Assembly: GCF_004010195.1 (NCBI RefSeq)
Contig: NC_057753.1
Location: forward strand, 2,005,243 to 2,069,242
Length of the DNA: 64,000 bases
Source of the DNA: Chiloscyllium plagiosum
Lineage: Eukaryota
Direction: 5' to 3'
Part shown: one piece after another, positions 24,418 through 38,437 of the stretch
How the letters are laid out: every line of letters begins with the position of its first letter
How positions within the stretch are numbered: the stretch's first letter is position 1
Position numbers and translations under genes: made by a program
Notes under the pieces: model-generated
Database searches by the model: none
Told to the model about the DNA's origin: nothing
The model's input: only the letters and a program-made list of their open reading frames with translations

Positions 24418-24640
24418 AGCTGAAAATGTGTTGCTGGAAAAGCGCAGCAGGTCAGGCAGCATCCAAGGAACAGGAGAATCGACGTTACGGGCATAAGCCC
24501 TTCTTCAGGAAATTCAATTTCGGGCTTATGCCCGAAACGTCGATTCTCCTGTTCCTTGGATGCTGCCTGACCTGCTGCGCTTTTCCAGCAACACATTTTC
24601 AGCTCTGATCTCCAGCATCTGCAGCCCTCACTTTCTCCCC
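24418..24640. mobile_element. Fold-back (inverted pair) Penelope-like terminal repeat insertion
   Basis: 83-bp arms at 24418-24500 and 24522-24604 with one mismatch. TSD ttagcattttac(a) at 24406-24417 and 24641-24652. Confidence 0.92.
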
Positions 24641-26914
24641 TTAGCATTTTACACCCATGTTTTGCTTGTATTACCAGAGCTGTAAGTTTATACCCTTCAG
24701 AAATAATAAGTCAGAGCTGTCTTTCCACATTTATGCATTGTTTTACATATTCTCCATGGTGTCACGTCCACCTCAGCGTGATAGAGCCTTCAGCTCCCTG
24801 CTGTGCCACTCTGTTGCAGGTAAACTGTTCCTTTCTGCATGTTAATGTTCTTATTCCAGTTACACAACTGTGCTACTCAAGACAAGGAATAGACGGAGAC
24901 ATGCAAACAAACAAGCCACGGAATATCGCCAGGATAGATAACAAAAGGTGCTCAGCAATCCTGACGCTGGGATGACATGGTTGATCAGTTATTGGTTAGT
25001 TGGTTAAAGCACCTTCAAAAAGAACATATGATGCTTACATGTCAGCACAGCGCTACGTTCCAAGAGTATTTTGATTTAGACCAGCAACATTGAATGGGCA
25101 TCTGCAGTTTTTTTGTCACCAATCAAGGTTACAAGAATGGCTGCTTAAAATATTTCCCTTACTTAACGAAGTCTATTGCAAGCCTTGAGGTGCTCAGAGT
25201 AGCGCAGTCAATAAGACATCCTTCTTTGACTGGATGTATCTGGTATATGGAGGGTATGAATTCAATTTTTACCGTGAAAAACTTCTTTAATGTGGATCAG
25301 CGAGGATCGGAACATCTGTTGCATTACAGGATAATAAACAATCTTGAAAAATAACTGTCTTAATTTGAAGAGACCAGTTCATGTCAGAAAATGAATGATT
25401 TGTTCCGAGAGAATGTCACAAGGATCCTGCATTCGTTAAGTTCTGGAAAAGACTTTTAAGCTTGTTTCACATTTTCAAATTCCTTCAGGATCACAATGGA
25501 AATGAAAACGTCTAAACGTATAACATTTAACCGACATTATCATGTTATGGACACAAATTGCAAGAAGGAAAGAAATCTTGCAGGAAGAGCGAGGACCTTT
25601 ACAATATTTTCAAAATATATTTATGTGAACTGACCTATTTTCTGGTGAAAATGTTAGTTGATTGCATATCCCTTGATTTGTAGGACTGGAACGACGACAA
25701 AGATAACTCACAGCGTGGGTACACAGAAAGTAGAAATACTGCTATCATAAGAAAGAGAATGAAGCATTGGTATTAATTCTAATTGGAATAAATGGAAAAG
25801 CTGTGTTTTAATATATTATTTTCCTGGACAGTATTAGAATATATTGCTGCTTTGTAATTGTTTGGGTTGGCATTTGACACCCATGTTTTGCTTGTATTAC
25901 CAGAGTTTCAAGTTTATACCCTTCAGAAGTAATGAGTCAGAACCGAACCCTTCACTTGAGAAGAGAAGAGCATTTGCCTGATGATATCCTTTCGAGTCTG
26001 ACACAAATTTCCAAAAGCGATACTTGAGAGGATAAAATCTAAAAGAACTGCGGATGTTGTAAATCAGGAAACAAAATAAAGGTAGAGTCACTCGACCCAA
26101 AATGTTAAATCTGATTTCTCTGCACAAATGCTACCAGACCTGCTGACTTCCACAACAATTTCTGTTTTTGTTTCACTATTTGGGAAACATGTCGAAGTGA
26201 TAGGATAAATATCAGGATAGCTGACGGGGTATGACAGCTGATCCCCATTATCACAAACTAACCTTTTTGAGCTAAGTAGCCTGATTCAGCCTTTGCATGT
26301 GTTAGTATTCTAGAAAATGCAGCATTTGACCCCAAATCCAAAGCATTTTAGGCGGGAGAATGCTGTCAATTGCAAGTTTGGTTTTCTAAATTTCCATCCA
26401 AAACAGCTCTGCTCCTCAGGATATTGTTTCGTCGACATTATTACTTCAGTGATTTGGCTGTCAGCACTCCGAAACAAAGAAGGTCTTTGGTGCACATTAC
26501 ATTGGGTTCAATCAAGCGCTGCAGATAGTGCCGTGATGGAATTTTATGTACCTGCATTTTGACTTACACCACTTGACATCTCTGAATTTGGACTCTGGAA
26601 TTGCTCGTTTATTGCTGGTTAGAGATTCAAGGTGAATACCTGCATATTTTCTGAGAGTTCCACTAAATGTGCCTCATTTTTAGTCCATTAAATTGAGCTA
26701 CAAGTTTTTTTTTTCTGCTATGCTTACTGTCTCTCCTCTTACTTCTGCTTACGCTAATGCAATCAAAAGCGTAGAATTGGATATATGTTTCTCCGTTCCT
26801 TACTGCAAGTTATTCATAGATTTTGGAACAAGATATGTTTACTCATTGAGGACAGCACAATATAAGGGAAAGTTAATGTGTTTGTGGCTGTCCGTTCATA
26901 AATTTTAAACAGTT

Positions 26915-27600
26915 ACATAGTCATAGTCATAGAGCCACCGAGTCAAAACAACATTTTGGTGCAATCAGTCCATGCAGACCATAATGCCAAACTGAAATAG
27001 TTCCACCTGCCCATGCGTGGCCCATGTCCTTCCAAACATTTCTGATTTATGCACTTCGCTGAATATCTTTTAAACGTTGTCACTATCCACCATTTCCTCT
27101 GTATGATCATTCCACACAGAAACCACTCTCTGTGTAAACAAAATTGTCCCCATGACCCTTTTAAGATACGTCCCCGAGTCCAGGGAAAAGACAGCTGCCA
27201 TTTATTTAATAAACCCTTCTGCGTGCTACATTCCAGTGCAAAAATGATCCCAAACTATCCAGCCTCTTCTTATAACTGAAACCCTCCATTCCTGGCAAAT
27301 CTCTTCTGAACCCCATACAACTACGTAATATAAATCGTAAAGTCAGCACAACGTCCCAACTCCTGTCCTCAACGGTCTAAGCATAGAAAACAAGCGTGCA
27401 AACGGCTTCTTAACCCCTCCTATCTAAATGTGATGCCAAATTCGAAATACTATGCATCTGAAACTTGAGGTCCATCTTTTCTACAACACTACCCAAAGCT
27501 CTACATTAAATTGCAAATGTCTTGCCTTTATTTGTTTTATTAAAATGCAATACTTCTCATTTATCCAAATTAAACTCTACCTGCAGTCTTCAGCCCCTCT
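26915..27600 (-). mobile_element. Degraded CR1 LINE 3' part
   Basis: (catagt)n tail; resembles the minus-strand CR1 at 45590-46400, e.g. aaaatgcaatac..catttatcca..ttaaactc. Confidence 0.75.
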
Positions 27601-28629
27601 CATAAAGTTGACAGGAATGGGTTAAAAAAACTTAATATCCATCGGAAATATAATTATGCCTTGTCAGTTACCGCCATTTTCAAAGCAGATTGAAGTATTA
27701 TAGTAGGCTGACTGAATTCGATATCTGTGAAATTGACACAGCAGAGAAATGCTTCCTGATTCACCAATGTAAACAAAATCTACAACACAGTTCTGCTTAG
27801 TTATAATAATATTGCTATCACTTGCGTCAGTTTCATCACTTAAGAAAAGGGGCAAAGCTTTCAACGTTGATGAAATAATAAGAAGCTCACAGGTTACTGA
27901 CAGCAGTGCAACAGTCAAAGCTTACAATGTTTTCAGAATAAGCAATACTTTGAAACTAATAATTGTCGAATATCTGTTAAAATCAACAATTGCTAGTAGC
28001 GAATTGGTTGTTTCGATGAAAATATTCCCACTGACCTGGAAATATTGCACAAGCAATAACACAGTATAATTTTCCTTTTTGAATATTTGGTTAAAGACGG
28101 TTTCGGGCTATTATGCAGAAAGGACTCATCTTGTCGACATAGGAGCAATAATTTTCTATGTATCTAAAACAATAAATGTATTGTTTTATATAACGACGAT
28201 TCCACATATAACATATAGCGTTACTTCTCGTTAATACAATATTATGGACAATGTGGGATTGGATTCTGTCATTGTTAGTTACTCGTAACCCAATGTGTCA
28301 TGAATGGTATTCCACACGTAAAGGAATGCCAGCATAGTCTTTTAACATAAGGGCACATTACTTATTCATGAAAACCAGGCACAATACATGCCTTATTTAA
28401 AGACATATATTATGTCCTTAATATTCTGTTTAAACTAATGAAAAAGGGACTTGCACACGATCAGCAGACAGATAATCTAGATCGGGAGCAATGTTAATTT
28501 TTTTTTTAAATACCTGCCATGTTAACAAATTGATTGACACATTAGCGAAGAGACACAGTGCCATTCATGATCTATCGATGCATTTTCAGGAAAATGATAT
28601 TATTTTTCAATTATGTATAGCTGGAATCG

Positions 28630-28924
28630 CACAACAACAGGGATCCCGGTTCAATGCCCACTGTCTGAGCAGAGATTGCACGTGCTCACTGTGAGTGCAT
28701 GGGTTTTGTTCGGTTGGTCCAGTTTTGTCCTAGCCTGGAAAGATGTGCAAGTCAGGTGTAACAGCCATGTTAAATGACCGGGGATGTGTGGTCTAGGTCG
28801 ATTAGCCATGGAAAATGCGGGATTGAGAGTCTAAGTCAGGGAACAGTGTTGGGGGGATGTTCATGAGAGGTTCTTGATGGGCCGAAGGGCCTCTTTCCTT
28901 GCTGTAGAGTTTCTATGATTCTAT
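28630..28924 (+). mobile_element. Degenerate V-SINE
   Basis: ggatcccggttcaatgcc, gcatgggtttt, aaagatgtgca..tcaggtg, and gggccgaagggcct..ttctatgattctat. Confidence 0.75.
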
Positions 28925-30659
28925 ATGGCTTTGTCATAGAAACGCTTGCTAATTAGTTGCCGGAAACCTTCTAATATTTAACATTTTATTAGATCAAATT
29001 CATTATTGCTGTAAATAAATCCCGAGATTAATCGACTAATTGTGGCATGTGAGAAAACGAACCATTGTGAATGCTATAATGCCTGTACAAGAATAACGTA
29101 TTCCACCTTCTTTATGTCAGGCTTGAGGTTTATTAACTTGTAGAAAAAAAGTGGACTTTCTGCGGGACACATGAGACAGTGGGAATTTCTCGCTGTCCAC
29201 ATAGGACAAAACAGCAGTGGGGTTGCAGGCCATAATATGGAAGCATATCGAGATTCTAAAATGTGCTTAGGATTTAGACAATAATAGACAGTCGAACTTA
29301 ATTGCCAAATGATGCTGATTTTGGTAGAAAAAATGGCTGGAAGCGTTTCTCTGGAAGTGTTTGAAAGTTACATTTTAGTACGCAGTATGAATAAATTGTG
29401 CACTTTGAAAGTGTGATAAGAGCAACTGCGTCAATATTTACATAAATATTTGAAGAAGGCATCGTATATTGAGAAGGCAGCTTAAAACCCCGTGGAATAA
29501 TTGCGTTCGAGATAGAGGGCTAGTATACAGGATTGAAGGATATATGGTACACATTGTCAAATGATGTGTTTTGCATTTAATTGAGATTATTATGGAACGC
29601 AGACAGAATGGCTGATTGCCAATTTACAGCATAGATGATGAGAAATGTTTACAGTCTAAAGATTCATTAATAATTGGAATTATCTAGAGTAAAGTAAACG
29701 TGTGGTTCAATTAAAACTAAAAGAAAGAGATCATTAAGTTATCATGAAACCAAAAGGTGGAAACATTGTGAAGGAAAGCATTATTTCTGATTAATGTTGA
29801 CCTTGATTTAATCGAATGACACAACGGTTTTCAGGGACAGAATCTCCTAGTTTGCTCATGTTTCACGTTTGTCTCGCCTTTATGGTCGGATGTAAAATAA
29901 CTTTGTTTTCATCATTTACAGTAGAACATATTTGGCGATGTTCTGTATAAAGCATTTTGTGAAAAACGTCACTCATGAAATGTATCAATGCTAGTGGGTT
30001 TTTTTTTATCGCTAATCTTAAATTGCAAATTTAATGCAGCAAAATTAATATGGCACAAACATATTTATTCATACTCACAGATACTTGTAATAATTAGAAA
30101 CCCAATGGTTATAATAATTGCAAACAAAACCTTTTTCAAATTCATAAATTTATTAGTTAGGTGTAATTTGTAATAGTCTCTGTTTCAGATACTGAGAAGA
30201 TTTGACGTATTCTTGCACCATTGAGAACTGTTTCCTTTCAGTAACCACGCTTATCTATGGCACTATTCAAGTCATTCTCCTGCCAGAGATAAATGTAATT
30301 GTATAATCGCACCAAATGTAAACAAAGACGTGCAGAAAGATACTGAAGTTTAGTCAGGTGAAGAAAATATTTGTATGATACCTTAACTCTTTTTAAAAGA
30401 ACGTGTTTTCAACTGAAAGTAACTGCGAGCTTACCATAATTAATACCACTGCTTTAAAATATACATTTTTAAGTTCAAAAAGTTCCCTATAATGTATTGG
30501 AGGGATGACCTACAAAGTAGAAATGGATAAATGAAGGGATCCATAGAGGAGTGACCAAACAAAGACTCAGTTGGAACACCTGCGGATGGCCGCTGCCCTG
30601 TGCTTTATATGTATGCTCAAACCATCAGGGGAAGCGTAAATTCCAGGTTCAACAGGGCA

Positions 30660-33270
30660 CGACAAGGTAAGTAAAACATTACCATATCACAATAGAACAC
30701 ATCAATGCTCTCAAAACCAATCGCATCGTTGTTATCGAACCAGCAGATAAAGCAGGGGCCATCGTCATTCAGAATAGAACAGAATACTACAAGGAAGAGT
30801 ACTGACAAATGAACAGCAAGTAAAAGGATAGGGAACTACCGGCTGATCCAACCAAAGAACACATCCGTGTAATAAACACATTGATCAAGACTTTTGATCC
30901 AGTCAGAGTTCCCTACGTGCTCTCATCCAGGGGACTTTTACTGACTGATGAAGATACAACAAGGCAACACACCGGAACATCCCATCGTATCCGGCAACGG
31001 GACCTTGAGTGAGAATCTCTCTAGTTGTGTCTAAGGCATCTTGAAACCCATTGTACAGGGGACCCCCAGCTACTGTCGCAAAACTACAAATTTCTTACGA
31101 AACTCAGCACCCACGGACCAGTCGAACTGGGAACATTCCTCGCCGCAATTGATGCTTCTGCATCCCCCACGATGACGGCATCGCTGCAACAGCCTAGTAC
31201 TCAATACCAACAACTGTCAATCTCTGAGCACAATTCTACAACTCTTCCGCTTCACCCTCGACAACAACATTTTCACTTTTGACAGCCAGTTCTTCATCCA
31301 AACAAACTGAATTGCCATGGGGACCAAATTCTCACCCAATATTCCTACATTTTCATGCACAAGTTCGAACAAGACTGTTTTGCTACACTGGAAGTCCAAC
31401 CATCACTACACAGCAGATACACTGATGACATTTTCTTCCTCTGGACCAATGGCGAGGAGTCACTGAAACAACTACACAGTGATACCAAGGAGTTTCATCC
31501 CAACATCAGACTATTCATTCGCCTCTGTCTCATTCTTGAAAACATGCATCTCCATAAGGGTAGACACCTCACTATACTGCAAACCCACGGATAATCTCAA
31601 AATGCTACACTTCTCCAGCTTCTACCCTAAACATATCAGGACAATCAACCCCTACAGACAAACTCTATGCATACACAGAATGTGTTAAGTTGTGGAGGAA
31701 CATGACAGACACCTGATGGTTCTCAAGGATATCCTCATAAGAATAGGGTACGATGCTCAACTCATCAATCGTCAGTTCTGACGTGCCACAGAAACCGAAA
31801 TAACCTCCTCAGGAGACAGACACGTGTTGTAACCTATAGGATACCCTTCATTGTCCAGTACTTCCCGGGAGCTGAAAACTACTTCAAACTCATCGTATTT
31901 TGTGACCGATTTATTATGATCGATTGGGATAAGCACATTGTCAAGATCTTCCCTACGGCTCCTCTTCTCACCTGTAATCAACCAGCAAATCATAAACAGA
32001 TCGTTGTTCGTAGCAAACTGCGCACCCTTGAGGACAACATCAACCACAACACTTTACAATCTGTCATAACAACCACAGAAAAACTTGTCCGAGTATCGAC
32101 ATGGATATTACCATTACATGTGGGGACACCACCCATCATGTACGCAGCAGGTACTCATGTGACTCGGTCAACGTTGTCTATTTCATATGCTGCAGGCAAG
32201 GATGGCCCAAGGCGTAGGGCATCGGCCACACTAAGCAGGTGCTCCGAAAATGGATGAATGGACACTGCACAACAAGCACCAGAGGGGGTATTCCCTCTCA
32301 GTCCAGGAACACTTCATTGGTCAGGGACATTGAGTCTCGGATCTTGAGGTGACCATCCTCCAAGGCAGACTTCGATACAGGCAACATCACAAAGCGGCTA
32401 AGCAGAAGCTGATAGCCAAGTTTGGTATCTATGAGGAAGGCCTCAACATCGACTCTGGATTCACGTCACATTGCAGGTGACCCCACAACTCTATGCACTC
32501 GCGCTCTCATACACACACACACAAGCACACATACACACACACACTCATATACTCACGTACTCATGTGTACCCTCTCTCATACACACTCTCTCTCTCATAC
32601 ACAAACACCCCACCCACACTCACACCCATTCACGCACCCTCTCACAGGCTTAGACCGCATCACACTCACGCACACACTTTACCAAGCTTGCACACACGCA
32701 CACACACACGTATGTGTTCTCACATGCACATACTCAAATGCACGCACTCACTCTCTCTCTCCCTCTACTGCACGCGCACACACATAAACGTCTAGGGGCA
32801 GAATTGCACTTGCAGATACATTGTATTTTGCACAAAAATGCGCAATCTGTATGCAGTCAATGTAGGTAGTCATTCCATGTCATATTTTGAGAATTCCCCT
32901 TTGCAAATGGAACCAGCCTGACTCAAGATTCGGATACAGACGGATTCTTACTTCACATCTTTGATGCATTGTCTGAGCTGAGGTGTCACTTCCTTTAATA
33001 TAACCTTACGTAATCTTGAGAATTTGTCTTTAATGAAGCTCTGGGATTGACAAGTTAATGAACTAAACTTAAAACCAAATATATAAGATGAAAGACTTAA
33101 AAACAATGTCGGTTTGTTCAATGTATCATTTCAATTGCCTAACACTGTAATTTTTCTTTGCTAATACATTCAGTGTCCTATGGTCACGCTCCACAACTAC
33201 CTAATGAAGAAGCAGTGCACGGAAGCTAATGACTCCATATGAACCTGTTGGGCTATAATCCACCGTGGTG
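30660..33270 (+). mobile_element. Long decayed Penelope-like element (RT + GIY-YIG + CA-rich 3' UTR + terminal repeat)
   Basis: VIEPADKAGAIVIQNRTEY, IAMGTKFSP, SRYTDDIFFLW, LYCKPTD..LHFSSFYPKH and YSCDSVNVVYFICCR..GIGHTKQ.LRKWMNGH. Multiple frameshifts. Confidence 0.9.
32500..32790. repeat. Imperfect (CA)/(CT) microsatellite inside the Penelope-like 3' UTR
   Basis: Directly visible acacacac and ctctctct runs. Confidence 0.9.
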
Positions 33271-33718
33271 TAAACTCTCAGTGACAGTCATGGTCCAAAA
33301 GAGTCAGTACAAGACAGGTCTACTTTCATAGTCTAACGGTAGTTCTTTTCTTCTCAGATTCCTAATGTGAAAAACAAAGGACACGGATAAAGTGATTTCG
33401 TGGATGATATTTCAGCACCTGCACACACTGCTGAAGAAGCATATTCACTCTAAAATTTCATTTCATTTCACAGTGAAAACATCAAAATAATAACTTCATT
33501 CAATTGAAATGGAAATTGACATGGAAAGAGTTTAATGTGAAATCTAAACTCTAAGGTGGTCATTTGTGCGCCCAAATAACTTATGCTGACATAGGACATG
33601 AAGAAAACATTTCGAGGAAAATCTTTAAGAGCAAAACGTTTACAAAAATAAACTTTGATAATTTAGTCATTGTGTAGTATTTGGAACTTGAAACAACATT
33701 TTAACCGTTTCACAACGG
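33271..33718. repeat. Duplicated non-coding block, homologous to 1451-1897
   Basis: See 1451-1897. Confidence 0.85.
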
Positions 33719-34824
33719 CCCACAACGATTTTCAGTATTAAAAATGTTAAAACAACAAACTATAAAAGAATAAATTGAACAAAAACAGATACTCTCTTGT
33801 GGTAGTTTTGGTCGTAGGGAAAATATTGGCTACTGAGCAGGGCTCTTCTGTACTTCAACTTACGTTTGGAATATTCAACATCCACCTGCACATTAAGAAT
33901 GTTCCTCGGTTTGACATTTCATTCAACAGAAAACACCTTGAATATTTCAACACCAACTATTGATATTTTAGCTTCAATATCCATGTGCTTGTCCGGGAAT
34001 GCGAGTTCATTCCATGTGCAGTTGTCACACTGTGCCACTCTCTGCGAGATCAACTATTGGTGGAATGAGATATATTGGCAGGATTCTCTTCATCTGGGTG
34101 CATTTAGAAGAAGAGTCCTAAAAGGAAAATGCAGATGTGGAGACCACATGATTTGTGGAGAGAATCCAAAGGTTATGAGCACAATGGCAAAAAATTACTG
34201 CAACTAATTTAATTCATGAGGAGAAGGGATTTTGGGGATTTTTGAATGGTGTTGAAGTGCAGACTTAGGGAGCGATGATATCATGGAGTGATTTGATAAA
34301 ATAAATAAATTGATGTGGATTCTAAATTATTGGCGTGTCTTAGTTAGAATAAACCAAGGCTGAGAGAATGAGGCTCAGGGTGAACTTATGATCCTGAAAA
34401 TTGACAGAAACTCTCTGATGTACTCAAGTTTATCATATCTAGTGAATGGAACAACAATCAGGTCCAGACATGGTGAACACAATGGCAATGATTTTAGAAG
34501 TGCAAGATTAGGGAGAACACTGTTACACTGATGCAGTATACATGGAATGTTAAAGAGGTTATGACATGACCATCCTTTGAATACTGTCTCCTCGTTTCCC
34601 TTCAATTTAATATTCAATTTATACCGTTAGAGAAAATGCACTCGATTTTAAATTGGATGGAAACAGAGATTGATTTGGTAGAACGTGCATCTTTCCTCTC
34701 AGAAACTGAGTGTGATGGCAAGGCACAGATATGTGGCACGGCGTTGAAACTGTCGAAGAATATCACAAGAATCAGGTAACAAATCAGAAAGAGTGTATAT
34801 TTGTTCATTCCATAATGTGAGCGA

Positions 34825-37363
34825 CCGGTGAGATCCTGCATTTCTCAAAAGTGTAACTTCTTGTCCTTCTTCCCTGTTTTTTTTCTGAGTAAACTTTATT
34901 CACAAAGGGAAATTCTTTGTAGAGATCAGGTACTAACTTCATACCCAACCCATGCCTAGGCTGTGCACTCTCCTGTGGCTCGTCAGCATCTTCTTTACTA
35001 CCTTCACTGATCCCACTGGCTTAGATTCTTTTACCAGTCCTTTTCCACATTGCCTTTCTGTAACGACCAGCACTGTGACTTTACGTGTCCCACTTCAGCA
35101 CAGTGGAAAGACATAAGGCCGTTGAGCTTTTTCCCACCCTCTTGGACATGTCTTAAACCTGTGTTAATCTTTAACCAGTGTTCTCTACTCTTGGTTTAGT
35201 AGTGTAGGGTCTCCCCTTTGCCCAACGTTCATATCTCTCTAGTCGAAATTCTGGCTGGAAGCTTGTCTTTTGTACCAACACGCATTCATCTGCTAAATCT
35301 GCTGTCTTTCTTAATTCCTGAACTGTCCCCATGAATTCTTATCATCTCTGGACATGGGTTTTCATCTCCTCCTGCAGAATAATTGCTCTAAGAGCCACGA
35401 AGATCCTTTTTATTTGCAAAGCATGCACACCTAAGTGTCAAAATGACTCTGATTAATTCTTTCGAACCCTACATACGTCTGTACTAGTTCCTTATTTTTG
35501 TTGCTGGGCCTATGTCCATATGCTTCTGGTACCAATTCATAAACACTTAAAATAGGCGGTTTGACCTCTTTGTAATCTCTTGAACCCCTCATCTGACAGC
35601 GAGGCAAATATCTCACTTGCTCTGCCTACCAGTTTAGTCTGAAATAGCATTACCAATAAATCCTTGGACCACTCCATCTGCGTAGCCAATTTTTCACATG
35701 AAATAAAGAAGGTCTTATATCTTTCTCATCAGTGTTGCAGAAATTTAACATATATGTATGAATCACTACCTTGTCTTTTAATCTCCATCCTGTTTACTTA
35801 ACTTTGCGGACTAAGTTGCAACTTCTCACCTTCACATTCTCTCATTTTGTTCAGCTAAGAACATTCTCCCTCTTTTCCCCTTCTCTCTCTTTCTGTCTCA
35901 AGTTCTTCTCTCTCTCTTTTCTCAGCTAAGTAACAATTCTCTCTTCTCTTTATCTCTCTCTCTCTCGCTCTTTGTTTGTCTTCTAATTCAATTTTCCTTA
36001 ATGGTAATGGAAGTTTTTCTACCTCGACTGCACTTGTCTGTTTCTCTGACACACCTCAGTGCTTGTATAATATCCCTACAATTTCAGCTTTACGTTTGAT
36101 CTTGGTTAAATCCAAATCTCACTTCTTTGCTACTTCTAAAAGTATGGCCTTTTTCTCCATTGTGAACTTGCTTGGCAAATTTGAGAATCATCTTAAAATC
36201 CCAGAAACTATTCAACACTTTTAAGAACCATTTCTCTCACTTTTAATTCAATCAAATACTAGTCACAGAAGTTAAACAAATTATCTCATTGATGATTTAT
36301 TTAAAGGTCTTGGACACCAGCAATGCAGTGTTGGAATCTGCTGAGATTTGTCGTACTTAATTCTATTCAAATTTGTCTAAACCTGTTCAAATCACGAAAC
36401 TGTGACACAGGTTGTTCAAATCCCGTCCATAAGCCCACAGTCTGCTACGACACGGGTGAACCCCCCTGCTTAATGAAAGCCAGCAGCACAGAAAAGATTT
36501 ATCCGATGCAGCAATCTGTGAATGCTTCGACAGGCCAAAGACTATTTAAAGTAAAAATTAGCATTTGTATTTCTTAAAGGATAACAGAGGATAATTAACG
36601 AACAACTATCTACAACTCTGCCCCAAAAGGCTGTGGAGGCCAAGTCCCTAGGCACTTTCAAGAAAGAGTTGGATCGAGCTCTTCAGGATAGTGGAATCAA
36701 GGGTTATGGGGATAAGACAGGAACAGGATACTGATTGAGGATGATCAGCCATGATCAAAATGAAGGTGGTGCTGGCTCGAAGGGCGGAATGGCCTAGTCC
36801 TCCACCTATTGTCTATTGTCTGTAACCCCTTCCTCTAATCTATCATTTACTTTTCCTTCTATATCGCAAGTCAAATAAAACCCCCATTTAAGATTTACCG
36901 AAAAATTCGAATTTCAAAACCAGCCAGTTGTCGCAGCTATGTGTCTTCCTCTAGATTTTCCCTCCAGGTCTGTGTCGATGTTTTTCCTTTGTGCAAACTC
37001 CTTCTCTCGACTGGTACCTCTCAGATAGTTCTCTCCAGCAGCCTACATTTGTTGGTCTTTACGCAGTACTCCGTTAACTGTTTACGTTTTCCTGGTCTTA
37101 TATCCCCAAGCATCGGATTATGTCTTTGGTTTTTAATATTGTCAATATACTAAATTCAAATTTGATTGGAGTTTGCTTTTATTTTGTTGGTATAATTTAT
37201 ACTGGTTGGCCTAATTCGAATTCGTTTTTGTCTCCAGGCAACCACCTTTACTAGCTGCTGGACCAGGGTTGCATTGTATCTTGTTCAGAAAACATTGTGC
37301 TCTCAGACAGTCTGCGAGAGTTTAACTTTCTTAAAGGTACAGTACACCCAAAGCATCGCAACA
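34825..37363 (-). mobile_element. Truncated Gypsy LTR element (5' LTR 36443-37363, PBS, gag, start of protease)
   Basis: LTR tgctacga...tcgcaaca. PBS-like ctgtgggcttatggacgggat (resembles the tRNA-Pro PBS). E/R-rich coiled coil, knuckle FHCAEVGHVKSQCW (~35066-35110) and protease-like LLRNAGS (~34830-34855). The gag resembles that of 4443-10918. Confidence 0.85.
36617..36820 (+). mobile_element. CR1 3'-end fragment nested in the LTR
   Basis: ctgccccaaaaggctgtggaggccaagtc...ggctcgaagggcggaatggcct, ending in (tattgtc)n. Confidence 0.8.
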
Positions 37364-38316
37364 GTACTGCTTTCTGTTGTGGTATCTCATGATGTCTCTG
37401 ATGTTGATCAGCTTGGAAATAAGGGAGTATTTCTGTATTTACAGAAATGACACAAGCACTTATCATTTGGTAGTTACAATTAATTAAGAGCAAACTCTCT
37501 TGCTTTATTTATGCTGGTGGATTTGAATCAACAAAAAATCGAATGAATATTCGTTGAGTCTATGCATGTAATTGCCTCACTCTCTGGATCTCTTTATATG
37601 CTCTTGTTGCATCATTATTTACAAATCACAAACGAATACGATTTCCATAGCCACTGCAATAATCTCCGATCTAAATTGTGCACGCAATTATTTCTGCTGA
37701 GACCCTATATAATCAGTAAATAAGATCTCACCAACATACTATGTCCATATAACAATTACGAACTATTGCCATCTCCTTGCAGATTCACTATATCTTTATT
37801 CACCATTCAAACTACGTTAATCTTGCTGCTCACGATAACACCGGTTTTTAATCATAGTTGCATCCTTCCACATGCTCTTTAATTGAAAGCATGATAACCT
37901 CTATGGTAGAGTAACTAGAAATAACACTATTATTTCCAAGTTGATCCAAATCAGAGACATTTTGATGTATCACAACATAAAATAGTACTAAAGCATTGGA
38001 ATATGCAGCACCTGAAAGGAAACATGGGATAAAATGACCCACAAAAATAAAATGTGGATAGTGATGAGAAAAGACAGAGCTACTGGTGCTCAGAATCAAA
38101 TTAATGTGAAATCCTTTGCTATTGCGTGGAGTACTATGATTGAAGGTTTATGCCTCAGGAAAGGGTAACGTATCACAGAAACAATGAGGAAAACTTGCGG
38201 TTAATTGACGTATTTCTGCCCATAAGATATTCACTACATAGTTTATTTGGTCGTTTGCCTATTGTATAAGGAGGGTATCTGACAATACATGTTTGCCTCA
38301 ATGACACAGCAAGTTT

Positions 38317-38437
38317 TGAAGGGCTTTTTCCCGAAACGACGATTTCGAAGCTCCTTGGATGCTGCCTGAACTGCTGTGCTCTTCCAGCACCACTAATCCA
38401 GAATCTGGTTTCCAGCATCTGCAGTCATTGTTTTTAC
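38317..38437 (+). mobile_element. Penelope-like terminal repeat fragment just downstream of gene 2
   Basis: tgaagggctttttcccgaaacgac..ctccttggatgctgcctgaactgctg..ccagcatctgcag. TSD caagttt at 38310-38316 and 38438-38444. Confidence 0.8.

Larger units (their letters stand above)
22055..25942. repeat. Head-to-tail duplication of a ~1.2 kb non-coding unit (copy 1 ~22055-24716 with three inserts; copy 2 ~24717-25942)
   Basis: Colinear blocks, e.g. ggatagataacaaaag, gtagcgcagtcaataagacat, gctatcataagaaagagaatgaagcattgg and acacccatgttttgcttgtattaccagag. Confidence 0.92.

Noticed and set aside
24414..24647. Near-identical ORFs on both strands (MCCWKSAAGQAASKEQENRR)
   Set aside because: A consequence of the palindromic repeat insertion, not a gene.
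27664..28140. 84-aa ORF containing YIG, considered as a GIY-YIG or GPCR remnant
   Set aside because: No flanking GIY-YIG or 7TM motifs, and the upstream frame is closed.
32422..32795. His/Thr-rich ORFs
   Set aside because: Translation of a CA microsatellite.
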